From contig OX597833.1 in NCBI GenBank assembly GCA_951406725.2, forward strand, positions 73,284,001 to 73,348,000: DNA of 64,000 nt. The letters run 5' to 3'. Source of the DNA: Octopus vulgaris (Eukaryota). The notes below the pieces were generated by a model. That model was not told the origin of the DNA. It did no database searches and saw nothing but the letters and a program-made list of their open reading frames with translations. The first letter of the stretch is position 1, and the number at the start of each line of letters is the position of its first letter. A program made the translations under genes and the position numbers. This document shows positions 13,641 to 26,469 of the stretch, piece after piece.

Positions 13641-15238
13641 ACCCAGAAGAATTCTTTGCCACTTTACCAGCGGCCCCAAAGAGACAAAAATTGAGTACAT
13701 CAACATCGAAGAAGATGATATCACACTAGCCATTGATGAGATTGACACAAACTCAGCTGCTGGACCTGATGGATTCCCAGCGATCCTTCTCAAATCGTGC
13801 AAACGAGCCCTTGCAAAACCACTACAGCTTCTTTTTCAGAGCTTTCTTGCAAGTGGTAAGCTCCCAGTCAAACTGAAAGAGGGGGTAATATGCCCTATCC
13901 ATAAGGGAGGTAGCAGAGCAGATGCTAAAAATTATAGGCCTATCTCTCTGACCTCACACATCAGCAAAGTCATGGAACGAATAGTCCGTAAGAAACTAAT
14001 CATGTTCCTTGAAGAAAATGACTTACTGTCTGACACCCAGCATGGATTTCGACCAGGTAGAGGCTGCCTAACACAGCTCCTGCAACACTATGACTGGGTG
14101 TTGAAACAGCTACTAAATGGCTCAAATGTGGATGTAATATATCTTGACTTTGCAAAAGCCTTTGATAAAGTCGACCATAATATGATCTGTCACAAACTGC
14201 GTGGTCTCGGCATAGGCGGGAAACTTGGAGAGTGGCTGCACAACTTCCTAAAAGACAGAAAACAGGCAGTTGTGAGCAATGGAGCCACCTCAGGGAAACG
14301 CAAATAACAAGCGGTGTCCCACAGGGCACTGTCTTGGGGCCACTGATGTTCATAGTGGCCCTTTCAGACATGCCTTCAGTTGCTACGATGACCACCCTTG
14401 CTAGCTATGCAGATGACACAAAAGTCTCCCACGCAATACAAAACCCTGAAAATATTGCGCATCTGCAACATGAGCTGGACACAATATACAGGTGGGCTGA
14501 GGACAACAACATGCAGTTTAATGCAGGTAAGTTCCAGGCCCTGCGCTACTGGCACACAAAGGTAAATGACGTGCATACTGGATACACTGGCCCAGGAAGA
14601 ATTGCAATCCCTGAGTCAAAATCAGTGCGTGACCTGGGCATTGACATGAGCAATGATGCATCTTTCCAAATGCATATTGCTAATCTGGTGATAAAATGCA
14701 GACGGCTAGCTGGATGGATTCTCCGAACTTTCAGAACAAGAGAGAAGGAGACACTGATGGTCCTATGGAAAACATTTGTCCTCAGCCGCTTGGACTACTG
14801 CTCCCAACTTTGGTCACCACACAATATAAAACAAACAGCAGAACTCGAAGCAACTCAGAGAAGCTACACAAAGAAAATCGTCTCAATGCGAAATGTCAGC
14901 TACTGGGAAAGACTGAAGGTATTAAACCTCTTCTCCCTGGAGCGGAGGCAGGAGAGATATGCAGTGATATACATCTGGAAAATCCTGGAGGGTCTTGTCC
15001 CAAACTTTGGCATTCAAAGTTACTCCAACCGCAGAACGGGGGGCCGCTGCGTGGTGCCAAGGATTCCAACATCACCATCAAAATACAGGTCCAGATACTG
15101 CAACAGCTTGGGTTTCAGAGGACCACAGCTCTTTAACATCCTCCCTAAATGCCTGAGAGACTTACATGGTGTGGATGTGGGTTTCTTTAAAACTAAACTG
15201 GATCTCTTCTTGTTGGGAGTCCCAGATGAACCTACCTC
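13641..15238 (+). mobile_element. CR1-group LINE family A, RT region, one frameshift
   Basis: '[17 protein letters not shown]', '[13 protein letters not shown]', 'SGVPQGTVLGPL', 'YADDTK'. Truncated at both ends. Confidence 0.92.
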
Positions 15239-15364
15239 ATATCTGTATATATATATATATATACCAATCTATCTTCTTCGAGCACATCGTCAGCAGCACT
15301 TATTCTTTTCTGCCGAGCCGCTGAAATACAGGGAGTAAAACACACCTGTATCGGTAAAAACATC

Positions 15365-15525
15365 AACATTTACAGTCGTTCGAAGGTAATGGCCAAACTG
15401 TCTACTCTTATCCACCAGTTCCAACACGATTTAACCAAAAATGAGACAAATTGCTTGACTAGATTTCACTGCAAAGCCAGTAACATCTATGAACTTCCCA
15501 AAATCTAAAAAGTTAAGCCATAAAC
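15365..15525 (+). mobile_element. Penelope-like RT N-terminal fragment (also ~21695-21825 and ~41870-42020)
   Basis: The 41.9-kb copy reads 'DLTKKETNCLSRFDCKASNVYGLPKIYKS', matching the PLE YGLPKIHK motif. Confidence 0.6.
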
Positions 15526-16149
15526 AAAACCTGTAACAAGTTAACTTCTATAGTTATAAATATTCCACACCCGAGAGGTCTCCGAATGAGGCCAATTATG
15601 GCCGATCCAGGTATGTAGATACGGGGTGCTTAACACTCGCAAATCTGAAGTCGCTAAAGGTGCAATGAATTGAACTTCTTTTCATTTAGAACTTAGGGAT
15701 CTGCAAATGTGGGTATCTTAGAGATGCTTAAAGTGTTTGTTGTAGCTGTAATTGTCGCACACACACAAACGAATAAAAACACAGTCGCTCACGTACACAC
15801 AGAAATAAAAACATTCACACAAACACAAACACTGAAATGAAAATACCAACACACACAAACATATAAAAACAGTCCCACGCACACAAACACTGAAAAAAAA
15901 ATTCTCACAAAAACACACACATACGCACAAAGACAAACACACAAATGAAAATACACAGCTACATATTCAAACACTCAAACACGCGGACAAACACAGAAAT
16001 GAAGACAGTTACATACCTACACATGCACAAACACAGACACACACAAATAGAAATGAAAAATACAGTTACACATCCAAACTCTCACACACTCACATACGCA
16101 CAAACACACACTCACACACACAAACATACGCACCCACACACAGAAATGA

Positions 16150-17221
16150 AAACGCAGTTACACACTCACACATAAAACCCTAACCCTAAATAGCACAAAC
16201 ATACAATTTATTCAGAATGTAAAGGGGCATTGGGTGCATTGAACTCGCAGTTAGAATATCAGCCCCCTCCACGCCAGTATGAGAATTTCTTTTATCCACT
16301 TGTGAAATTAATACACTGTCGACACATGGGAAAAATATGAGCAACATCTGAAGTCACTAAAGGTGCAATAAATTGAACTTGTTTTGATTTAGTAGTTAGT
16401 GATCTCAAATGTGGGTATCTTAGAAATGGTCAAAGTGCTTGTTGCATTTGTGTCGCACACACACAAACAAATAGAAACACTCAGTCGCTCACACACTCGC
16501 GCACACAGAAATAAAAACACTCTCTCACACACACACAAACACTGAAATGAAAATACCGGCACTCACTTAAATAAAAACAGTCCCACACATGCAAGGTGCC
16601 CCAATAGGTATATCAAAAAAGTTTCTAGTATCTTTCTTAGCCCATAATTTATGATAATTGAAGTTCTTACAATAAATAAATACCTACTAATTCAGTACAT
16701 CGAACATTACGTCCCCGTAACTTATCGGATCTGCAAAAGAGACCTACACGTTAAGTAATAGGCATACAAAGAATAATTCCTGTGGTTGATTTGCTTGACT
16801 AAAGGCGGTGCTCCACCATGATCACAGTGAAATAACTGAAAGTGTATATTACGAGAACTACATACTTAAGGGATATAACTACAAAGTATCTTCTACAGTT
16901 ACTTCCCTTGAATATTATATTTTAACAATAATAAAATAATATGCAAGAGAAATTAACTCTTGGAAGGGAGACAACTAGATAACATCTTCCAGAGTTACTT
17001 TCCTTACATATAATTATATTACTTTTATTAAATTATAATGTACAGAGGGAAATAACTCTCGAAAATATTATTCAGACATGACACACTTTTACGATTTTTT
17101 GGAGTTTAACTGCTCTCTCTCGTGAGTCTGATATCCCATTATGGCCATCCCTTATATGTTTAAATATCTATATGTATATACATATATCTGTCAATATATA
17201 CCTGTCTCTCTCTCTCTCTCT

Positions 17222-17295
<74 letters not shown>

Positions 17296-18040
17296 CTATC
17301 TATATACGACGGGCTACTTTCTGTTTCCGTGTACCAAATCTACTCAGAAATGTTGGTCTGTCCGAGGCTATATTGGAAGACACTTGCCCATGGGGCCACG
17401 TAGTTGGACTGAACCAGAATCACCGTGTTTGGAAAGGAAGCTACATACCACAGCCACTCTTACTGCTACATACATATGTATATATATATATACGACAGTC
17501 TTCTTTCAGTTTCCGTCTCCCAAATCCACTCACAAGGCTTGGGTCGGCCCGAGACTATAGTAGAAGACATTTGCCCAACATGCCACCCAGTGAGACTGAA
17601 CTCGGAAACATTTGTTAGGTAAGCAATCTAATTCCCATTCAGACACTACTGTTTGTTAACCGGACAAGTTCAAGGTGAGCCCTACTTGTTTGTATGTAAA
17701 TGAGTTCATTAATGAGGTCTGGAACTTTCACGGCTGGTTCCCATAAGACAATGCAACCACCTTGGGTATAGGTGGACTGTGCTCACACACGCAAAAACAC
17801 CTACACGTCCGCACTCACGAATATAGATACATGCAAAGACGCAATCTCATACCTATTTATGTTTTAAATATGTTGACCTTAAAACTGTGACATTCTGGAA
17901 ACACACGTCCACACCCATGCACATAGAGACATGCATGTACGCAAACTCGTAGCTATTTATGTTTTAAACATGTTGACCTTTAAACCGTGACATTCTGTGT
18001 CTGTTTGTGCGCGCATTTCTGTGAGAATGATTGCTCACGA
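16150..18040 (+). repeat. Segmental duplication, paralogous to ~22390-24460 (partial copy ~11600-12260)
   Basis: Long colinear near-identity across several unrelated repeat junctions. Confidence 0.9.
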
Positions 18041-19849
18041 ACCGCAATGCGATGAGTTCAAACCAACAGCGTTGCACCCTGGTAAGTGTATTCAACTATA
18101 GCCTTGGGCCGACCAAAGTATGCTGAGTGGAGTTAGTAGAGGGAAACTAAAAGAAGCCCGTTGTATATATGAATATCGGCGTAGCAATGGCTATGTTGTA
18201 AGTAGTTCGCTTGCGAACCACATGGTTTGGTGTTCACTCCCACTGCCTGTCATCTTATGCCATTGTCTACTACTGTACCCCAAGGCCGAACTAATCCTTG
18301 TGATTGGATTTAGTGGAAGGAAACTGAAAAAATACCATCGTATATATGTTTAAATGTGTGTGTGTATGTGTGTGTGTGTTTGTTCGCACTCGAAGGGCAC
18401 ACGAGAATGCACGCACGTACTATCACACATACAGATGCAAGTTTTCTTAATAAAACGGAAAGAACTCCCGTTCCATCCCTTACAGTTTCTTTTTTGTTTT
18501 AGACACTACATATACGTGCGTGGGTATATACACGTATATCTGTATGTGTATGTCTGGGTGAAACACTTTCGCGGGTGGTTCACATTAGCCGATGTGACAA
18601 CCTTGGGTATGTGTGGACTGTCCTCACACACGCACAAATACCCACACTTCCGCACTCATGCACATAGATACATGCAAAGCTATTTCATGTTTTAAATATG
18701 TTGACCTTAAAACCGTGACATTCTTAAAAAATTTTATGAGTGTCTGGGTCAGCCAATATGTGTGCTTTCATCTCTGTGTCTGTTTGCGCGCGCGATTGTG
18801 TGTGAGAGTGTTTGCTCACCAACCTCAATGTGCTGGGTTCAATCCAACATCGTGGCACCTTCGGCAAGTATATTCAACTATACCCCCGGGCCGACAAAAG
18901 TATTCTGAGTAGGGTTGGTAGAGGGAAACCGAAAGAAGACCGTCGTGTATATGAATATCGGCGCAGGAATGGCTGTGGTAAGTAGTTTGCCTACGAACCA
19001 CATGGTTTCAGTTTCATTCCCACTGCCTCTCATCTTGTCCAATTGTCTTCTAAACCTAAACCTAACCCTAATCCATTCCAGCCTATTATTATTCAAACAC
19101 TATTTACGTATCCTAATGTTAAATTGTATTAGTATCAATCAACGGATGTAACTCTTGTCAAGTAAGGGATGTAGAGGGAGTTACTTTCCTTGGTTTGAGA
19201 TTCATTTTTATATTTAAGTGCTGTAAGTTTAAATGCCAAAGGGAGATGAAACTATGAGTTAGGGTTAAATGTGTGTATTTCCATTTCTGTGTGTGCGAAT
19301 ACGTGCTTTTATATACATGTGTGTATGTGTGTGTGTATATATATATATGTCTAGGTCTCCGTAACTTAGAGGTTCAGCGAAAGAGACTGTTAGAATAAGT
19401 ACTAGACCTACAAAGAATAATCCTGGGGTCGATATGCTCAACTGAAGGTGTTGTTCCAGCATGGCCACAGTTAAATGACTGAAACAAGTAAATGAGAGTA
19501 AAAGAGTAAATAGCGACAAAAGTCTATAACCTGTTCACTAGGGAGATAGCTGAAAATATCTCCTAATCGTCATATAATACGTTTCATGTTGTAATTTCTG
19601 TAATAGGTGTGTTCGTTTTACGCCTGCGAAAGGAGACACGACCATGCGCACACCAACAGAGACACATACACATCCAAGTAATCTGCTGGTACCTTTAACA
19701 AATAAACATTGACTAGCTGATCATTTACATTTCACTACACCCCACAAATATATAAGTAATAATGTTATCTAGTACTACCCTTCGGAGATAATCAAGTTTA
19801 TTTTTTGTCTATCTATCAGTGCTAGGAAATATTTACCTATATTGAAGGC

Positions 19850-21056
19850 CACCTCGGGTGAGTAAGGGGGCGTAAACCAGATGACCTTCCTATTTCTATT
19901 ATTCCTTTTCCTTATTGTTGGGCTGGTGATAGGTGTATATTTTATTTTTTGCTAAAACCACTATCTTTTAAAGCTTTATTATAAACTGGGGCAACGCTAT
20001 TGAAGATGTCCTCATTAGATGAGAGGCTAGAAATCCTCTTACTAATATTTTTAACTAAATTTTTGAATACTATAGGGGGATGGCATGAACCTACATTAAT
20101 ATAACTTAGTCTATCATTGGGCTTCCTATAAGGCTTATAAATATTATTATTAAGATCTAAGGAAACGTCAAAGAAATTGACAACCGTCAGGTTAGTGTCT
20201 ATAGTTATACTAAGTCCGAAGTGTTTCATTAACTGGATAATATCCTTCCTAAAACGATCTTGTGCTGGTCCATTTGTATTAGCTGTTAAGGCGAGGGCAT
20301 CATCTTTGTAGATGGCGAAATGTACGTTAGGGAATGTCTTACCGAAGGTATCTAGGAGAAAGAGTCCAATTAGATCACAGATGCCTGCCCCATCATATGA
20401 ACCCATGCTCACATCGAAAGCGCCCTCCGTGTCGGTGTTTTTTACCCACTTTGCATTCTCACTGAAAAGTAATGTCTTTCTAGCATGGAAGATTATATCC
20501 TTATCATTGGTACTAATTTCTATGAAGTCACTAGCGAAGATTAGGGCTTTATCTAGCAGTTCTTTAGAGATAGAGGCATAAAAATCAACAATATCGAATT
20601 GTGTAAACCTCGCTTTTTTCTTATTCTTAATAGCTTTAAACCAGTCTACGACTTCTATACTATTGGACCATTGCACTAGCCTAGTATCGGTCTTAATTTT
20701 CGTATTTATTTTATCTAAAATTTCTTTGCTAATAATCCCTAGTTCTGACTTGGCTGGGTTGATAAGCCTACATTTAGGGTTGGAAAGGAAGTTTTCTTTG
20801 TGGTCTTTAATAGTAATAAAGGCCTCTTTTTGGGGGAGGGTTTCTATTTTTTTATCTAATTTAAGTTTAGCGGCGATGACGCTAGCTTCTTTATTAATTT
20901 CGTTATATGTCTGTGCCCTAGCCTTAGTATAATTATTAATGATGCTGTTGTGTAAGAGTTGTGTGTATTTGCTGTTATCTACCAGGTATAAGTTCTTGGT
21001 TTTATCCGAAAAAAGTGCTTTTTTCTTGGAGCTTTTTATATGATCAATATCTTTTT
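19850..21056 (-). mobile_element. Penelope-like element reverse transcriptase (372-aa open segment 19942-21060)
   Basis: 'KDHKENF..NPKCRLINPAKSELG', 'FDIVDFYASIS', 'FDVSMGSYDGA', 'YKDDAL', 'YRKPND...S.HPP'. Confidence 0.88.
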
Positions 21057-21498
21057 TCAATTTATGTTGGAAATTGTTAAAAGACTTACGAAATGGCTTA
21101 TCTGGAACAGCAGCTTAGACCCTACCACATGTCTAAATACAAGGACAGAGCTTTTCGGATCATGCCCACATGTGACTAAATTTCTGTTATGTTTTTGGTC
21201 CCCTAAAGAAAACGGATAGAATATGCTTTCTGTGTTATGTCCCAAGAAGATTTTATATATTTTTATATATTTTTATATATTTTTATGTATTTTTATATAA
21301 TTTTTATGACGAAAAATGCGAGCGATGTATAAGTACGCAGGCAAAGCAGAGTTATAACAGAGTAACTTCCCTTCATTTTTAACGGTATTTTTTCATAACG
21401 TTTTCAAATAGCCAGATAACCGAAGAGATGGTGTTGTGGATTTCCACTTCGGCATCTGAAACTCAGAGTTTTATCTTGACTACCGAGTAATGTAACAT

Positions 21499-21500
<2 letters not shown>
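21057..21500 (+). mobile_element. Inverted 3' end / pseudo-LTR of the PLE
   Basis: Plus strand reads 'CLNTRTELFGSCPHVTKFLL' (PLE GIY-YIG C-terminus pattern LNxRxE...CxH), followed by AT-rich UTR and an HHR fold. Confidence 0.7.
21414..21476 (+). ncRNA. Hammerhead-like motif, U4C core variant
   Basis: AGAUAA-CCGAAGA-GAUG...CAUC-U-GAAA-CUCAGAG-UU-UUAUCU: 6-bp stem I, stem II, near-palindromic stem III. Confidence 0.6.
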
Positions 21501-21554
<54 letters not shown>

Positions 21555-22447
21555 CTGGAGCGCCGCCTTTAGTCGAGCACATCGTCCGCAGCACTTATTC
21601 TTTGTAATCCTAGTATTTATTCTAACTTGTTCTCTTTTGCCGAACCGCTAAAATACAGGGAATAAAACACACCAGCATTGGTTAAAAACATCAACGACTA
21701 CAGTCAATCGAAGATAATGACCAAACTGTCTACTCTTATCCACCAGTTCCAACACGATTTAACAAAAAAGGAGACAAATTGCTTGAATAGACTTGACTGC
21801 AAAGCCATTAATGTCTATGGACTTAAACAAAACATGTAACAAGTCGCAATAAATTGAACTTCTTTTCATTCAGCAGTTAGTGATTTTCAAATGTGGGTAT
21901 CTTAGAGATGCTTAAAGTGTTTGTTGTAGCTGGAATTGTCGCACACACACAAACGAATAAAAACGCACAGACGCTCACACACATGTACACACAGAAATAA
22001 AAACATTCACACAACACAAACAATGAAATTAAAATACCAAAACACACTTTCACACACACACAAATAAAAACAGTCCCACGAACAAAAACACTGAAAAAAT
22101 ACTCACACACTCACATACGCACAAACACACACAGAAGTGAAAATACACATCTATATATTCACACACTCAAACACGCGGACAAATAGAGAAAAGAAAATAG
22201 TTACATACCTACACACTCGAAGACACAGAAAAGAAAACACTCATACGAACATGCTCAAACACACAGACATACACATATAGAAATGAAAAATACAGTTACA
22301 CATCCAAACTCTCACACACTTACACACGCACAAACACACACACACATAAATGAAAATAGTCACACACACACATACGCACCCACACACAGAAATGAAAACA
22401 CAGTTACACACTCACACATAAAACCCTAACCCTAACTAGCACAAACA

Positions 22448-22610
22448 AGCTGCCAGACGAGATGGTGAAGATGCCGACGACCGCTTTGTTCAAAGCCTCC
22501 CTGAACCTCAAGTGGCCTGAACTCTTTAGATGAACACCACCCTGTACTTAACTCCATGTCCCCCTACATGGCCTTGCTATTTGCTTTAGAGCCAAATTAA
22601 CTAACTAACT
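22448..22610 (+). mobile_element. 5'-truncated 163-bp copy of the CR1 family B element
   Basis: Near-identical to ~48623-48790 including the (CTAA)n tail; flanked by AAACA duplication; absent from paralogous sites at ~11665 and ~16197. Confidence 0.9.
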
Positions 22611-23636
22611 AAACATACAATTTATTCAGAATGTAAAGGGGCATTAGGTGCTTTCCACTCGCAGTTAGAATATCAGCTCCCTCCACTCCAGTATGAGAAT
22701 TTCTTTCATCCACTTGTGAAATTAATACATTGTCGACATATGGGAAAAATATGAGCAACATCTGAAGTCACTAAAGGTGCAATAAATTGAACTTGTTTTG
22801 ATTTAGTAGTTAGTGATCTCAAATGTATGCATCTTACAAATGGTCAAAGTGTTTGTTGTATTTGTAAGTGTCGCACACACACAAACAAATAGAAACACTC
22901 AGTCGCTCACACACTCGCGCACACAGAAATAAAAACACTCTCACACACACACACAAACACTGAAATGAAAATACCGGCACTCACATAAATAAAAACAGTC
23001 CCACACATGCAAGGAGCCCCAATAGGTATATGAAAAAAGTTTCTAGTATCTTTCTTAGCCCATAATTTATGATAATTGAAGTTCTTACAATAAATAAATA
23101 CCTACTAATTCAGTACATCGAACATTACGTCCCCATAACTTATCGGATCTGCAAAAGAGACCTATACGTTAAGTAATAGGCATACAAAGAATAATTCCTG
23201 TGGTTGATTTGCTTGACTAAAGGCGGTGCTCCACCATGGTCACAGTGAAATAACTGAAAGTGTATATTACGAGAACTACATACTTAAGGGAGATAACTAC
23301 AAAGTATCTTCTACAGTTACTTCCCTTGAATATTATATTTTAACAATAATAAAATAATATGCAAGAGAAATTAACTCTCGGAAGGGAGACAACTAGATAA
23401 CATCTTCCAGAGTTACTTTCCTTACATATAATTATATTACTTTTATTAAATTATAATGTGCAGAGGGAAATAACTCTCGAAAATATTATTCAGACATGAC
23501 ACACTTTTTCGATTTTTTGGAGTTTAACTGCTCTCTCCAGTGAGTCGGATGTCTCATTATTGCCATCCATTATATATTTAAATATCTATATGTATATACA
23601 TATATCTGTCAAGATATACCTATGTCTCTCTCTCTT

Positions 23637-23672
<36 letters not shown>

Positions 23673-24463
23673 CATACATATATATATGTGTATATATATA
23701 TATATATATATACACCTATCTATATACGACGGGCTACTTTCTGTTTCCGTGTACCAAATCTACTCAGAAATGTTGGTCTGTCCGAGGCTATATTGGAAGA
23801 CACTTGCCCATGGGGCCACGTAGTTGGACTGAACCAGAATCACCGTGTTTGGAAAGGAAGCTACATACCACAGCCACTCTTACTGCTACATACATATGTA
23901 TATATATATACGACAGTCTTCTTTTAGTTTCCGTCTCTCAAATCCACTCACAAGGCTTGGGTCGGCCCGAGACTATAGTAGAAGACATTTGCCCAACATG
24001 CCACCCAGTGGGACTGAACTCGGAAACATTTGTTAGGTAAGCAATCTAATTCCCATTCAGACACTACTGTTTGTTAACCGGACAAGTTCAAGGTGATCCC
24101 TAATTGTTTGTATGCAAATGAGTTCATTAATGGGGTCCGGAACTTTCACGGCTGGTTCCCATAAGACAATGCAACCACCTTGCGTATAGGTGGACTGTGC
24201 TCACACACGCACAAACACCCACACGTCCGCACTCACGAATATAGATACATGCATATACGCAAACTCGTACCTATTTATGTTTTAAATATGTTGACCTTAA
24301 AACTGTGACATTCTGGAAACACACGTCCACACCCATGCACATAGAGACATGCATGTACGCAAACTCGTAGCTATTTATGTTTTAAACATGTTGACCTTTA
24401 AACCGTGACATTCTGTGTCTGTTTGTGCGCGCATTTCTGTGAGAATGATTGCTTACGAACAGT

Positions 24464-24561
24464 AAATTTTGGAGTCAATCCGATGGGATGTAGTGGCCTT
24501 TAAACCATTCCAGACAAACAAACAAACGAACAAACTTTTCGCATTTCAGTTTTATAAGTAG

Positions 24562-24562
<1 letters not shown>
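24464..24562 (-). mobile_element. Helitron-like 5' end fragment
   Basis: Minus strand A|TCTACTTATAAA followed by a (GTTT)n tract. Confidence 0.45.
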
Positions 24563-24611
<49 letters not shown>

Positions 24612-24616
24612 TGCTA

Positions 24617-24781
24617 GGCGTAGGAGTGGCTTTGTGATAAGTAGCTTGCTTACGAACCGCAGTGTTCTGGCTTTAGTCCCACTGCGTGGAACCTTGGACA
24701 AGTGTCTTCAACTATAGCCTCGGGGTGACCAAAGCCTTGTGAATAGATTTCGTAGACGGAAACTAAAAGAAGCCCAATGTA

Positions 24782-24853
<72 letters not shown>

Positions 24854-25045
24854 CATATACGTTTGTATGCCTCTTTATCCATCGAACATCGCTTGACAAA
24901 CGATGCTGCTGTTTTCACGCACCCGTAACTGAACGGTTCAGCAAAAGAGAATAGGTCCTGGGCTCTATTTGTTTGACTGAAGGCGGTGCTCCAACATGGC
25001 CGCAGTCAAATAACTGAAAGTAGCAAAAGTGAGTGAAAGAGTAAT
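24617..25045 (+). mobile_element. SINE family 1 copy
   Basis: Head 'ggcgtaggagtggc' to tail 'ggcggtgctccaacatggccgcagtcaaataactgaaa'; duplicated at ~44767-45215. Confidence 0.85.
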
Positions 25046-25069
25046 TAGCGAAAACAGTGTATATTCTGT

Positions 25070-25570
25070 TGTGTCTGGGGAGAGTCTTTCTCTTTTAGTG
25101 CCTTATTATTAAATACACACTCACCAGTAAAAATTCAAGGAGTGATATTAGTAGAGACCACAGCCCATGGAGAACTAGCCCTTAGATTTAGAAAAGCTCT
25201 GAAAGAGACCAAACTCAACATTAAAATTGTTGAAAAGCCAAGGAACTCCATCAGGTCACAATTATGAAGGACATGCCCGTTTAAGAATACCATATGCACA
25301 ATTGATAACTGCATGACATGTAGAATTAGCCCTGGTATTAACTGTAGAACTCGAAGTGTAGTTTACAATATAAGATGCATAGAAGGTGCTTGTAAGGACA
25401 TGAACATGATGTACATAGAGGAGATGTCTAAGAGCATTGCGGAACGGATAAATGAACATCTAAGACAACTTGACGACAGAAAACAGTCTTCTATACTCTA
25501 CCAACATGCCAAAGACCACCATGGAGATAACTTGGGTCAACTTGACATCCGCATCTTATCTAAGCACCCA
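25070..25570 (+). mobile_element. PLE GIY-YIG endonuclease fragment with upstream Cys cluster (Neptune-like)
   Basis: 'CMTCRISPGINCRTRSVVYNIRCIEGAC...MYIEE...ERINEH'; paralog at 45300-45830 has YIGE. Confidence 0.75.
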
Positions 25571-26469
25571 GCCCTCATCCCTGCTTTTCAATGCTAAACC
25601 CGATATAAAACAGTCATCAACACTATAAATAAACCTGTTCAATCTCTACCCTCCTCATCATCCCAAATCCTAACCCCTAGTTCAAACTTTGATCTCTTAC
25701 TTGACTATTCTCTCTAAAAACCCTTCACAAATCCTCAAGCTGACCCTAATATAGACTAAACTCTGAAAAACAATCCTAACAGCAAACCCACAACAAAATA
25801 AGAAAAACCACTTACCTTTGGCCATTTGGGATCTATAATACAAGGCATGATATGCAAACAACAAGCAAAATATCAACCAACACTTGAAAGTCAAGTTTTA
25901 TCTATGTGTCGAATCATGAAATACACTTGTTTAATAAATACAGTTGTCCTTACATTTACACAGTACATTGCTTCCACAAGTCATCAAACTAATCATTCTC
26001 ATGCGAAATCAATTGTTTTTATTTATAAATAGAAACAAATTAATTATTGAAATTAATATAAGAAATACAATTAACGTGTATGTGTGTCATCATCATTTAA
26101 CATTCGTTTTTCATGTTGTCATGGGTTGGACTATTTCACACTATCTGAGATGAATTACTACACGTACATCTAATGTCTGTTTTCACATGGTTTCTATGTC
26201 TGAGAAAAGTTTTGGTAACACTGACACTAGTAAAATTAAAAAGTAAATTTCAAGGATGAGTGGACTGCTAGTAGTGAGAGAGGTGGCTTCATCCTAACCT
26301 GTAGTATGATAGAGAGACAGGCAGAGGTGTGTCGCTGAAGAGAAACTACATGGCCACCCTGCATATATGTATGTATATAGGTAGACATCGATTAGAGCGC
26401 TTTCTCATTGCTAATATGTTAACATATGCTTGATGTGTGCTTTAAAAATTAAGTGCTTGCACTGGCACT

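Noticed and set aside
15580-15620. CCGAATGA-GGCC-AATTAT-GGCC-GATC hammerhead-like hairpin (also ~42090)
   Set aside because: Follows a PLE fragment but lacks GAAA and a convincing stem I; at most a relic.
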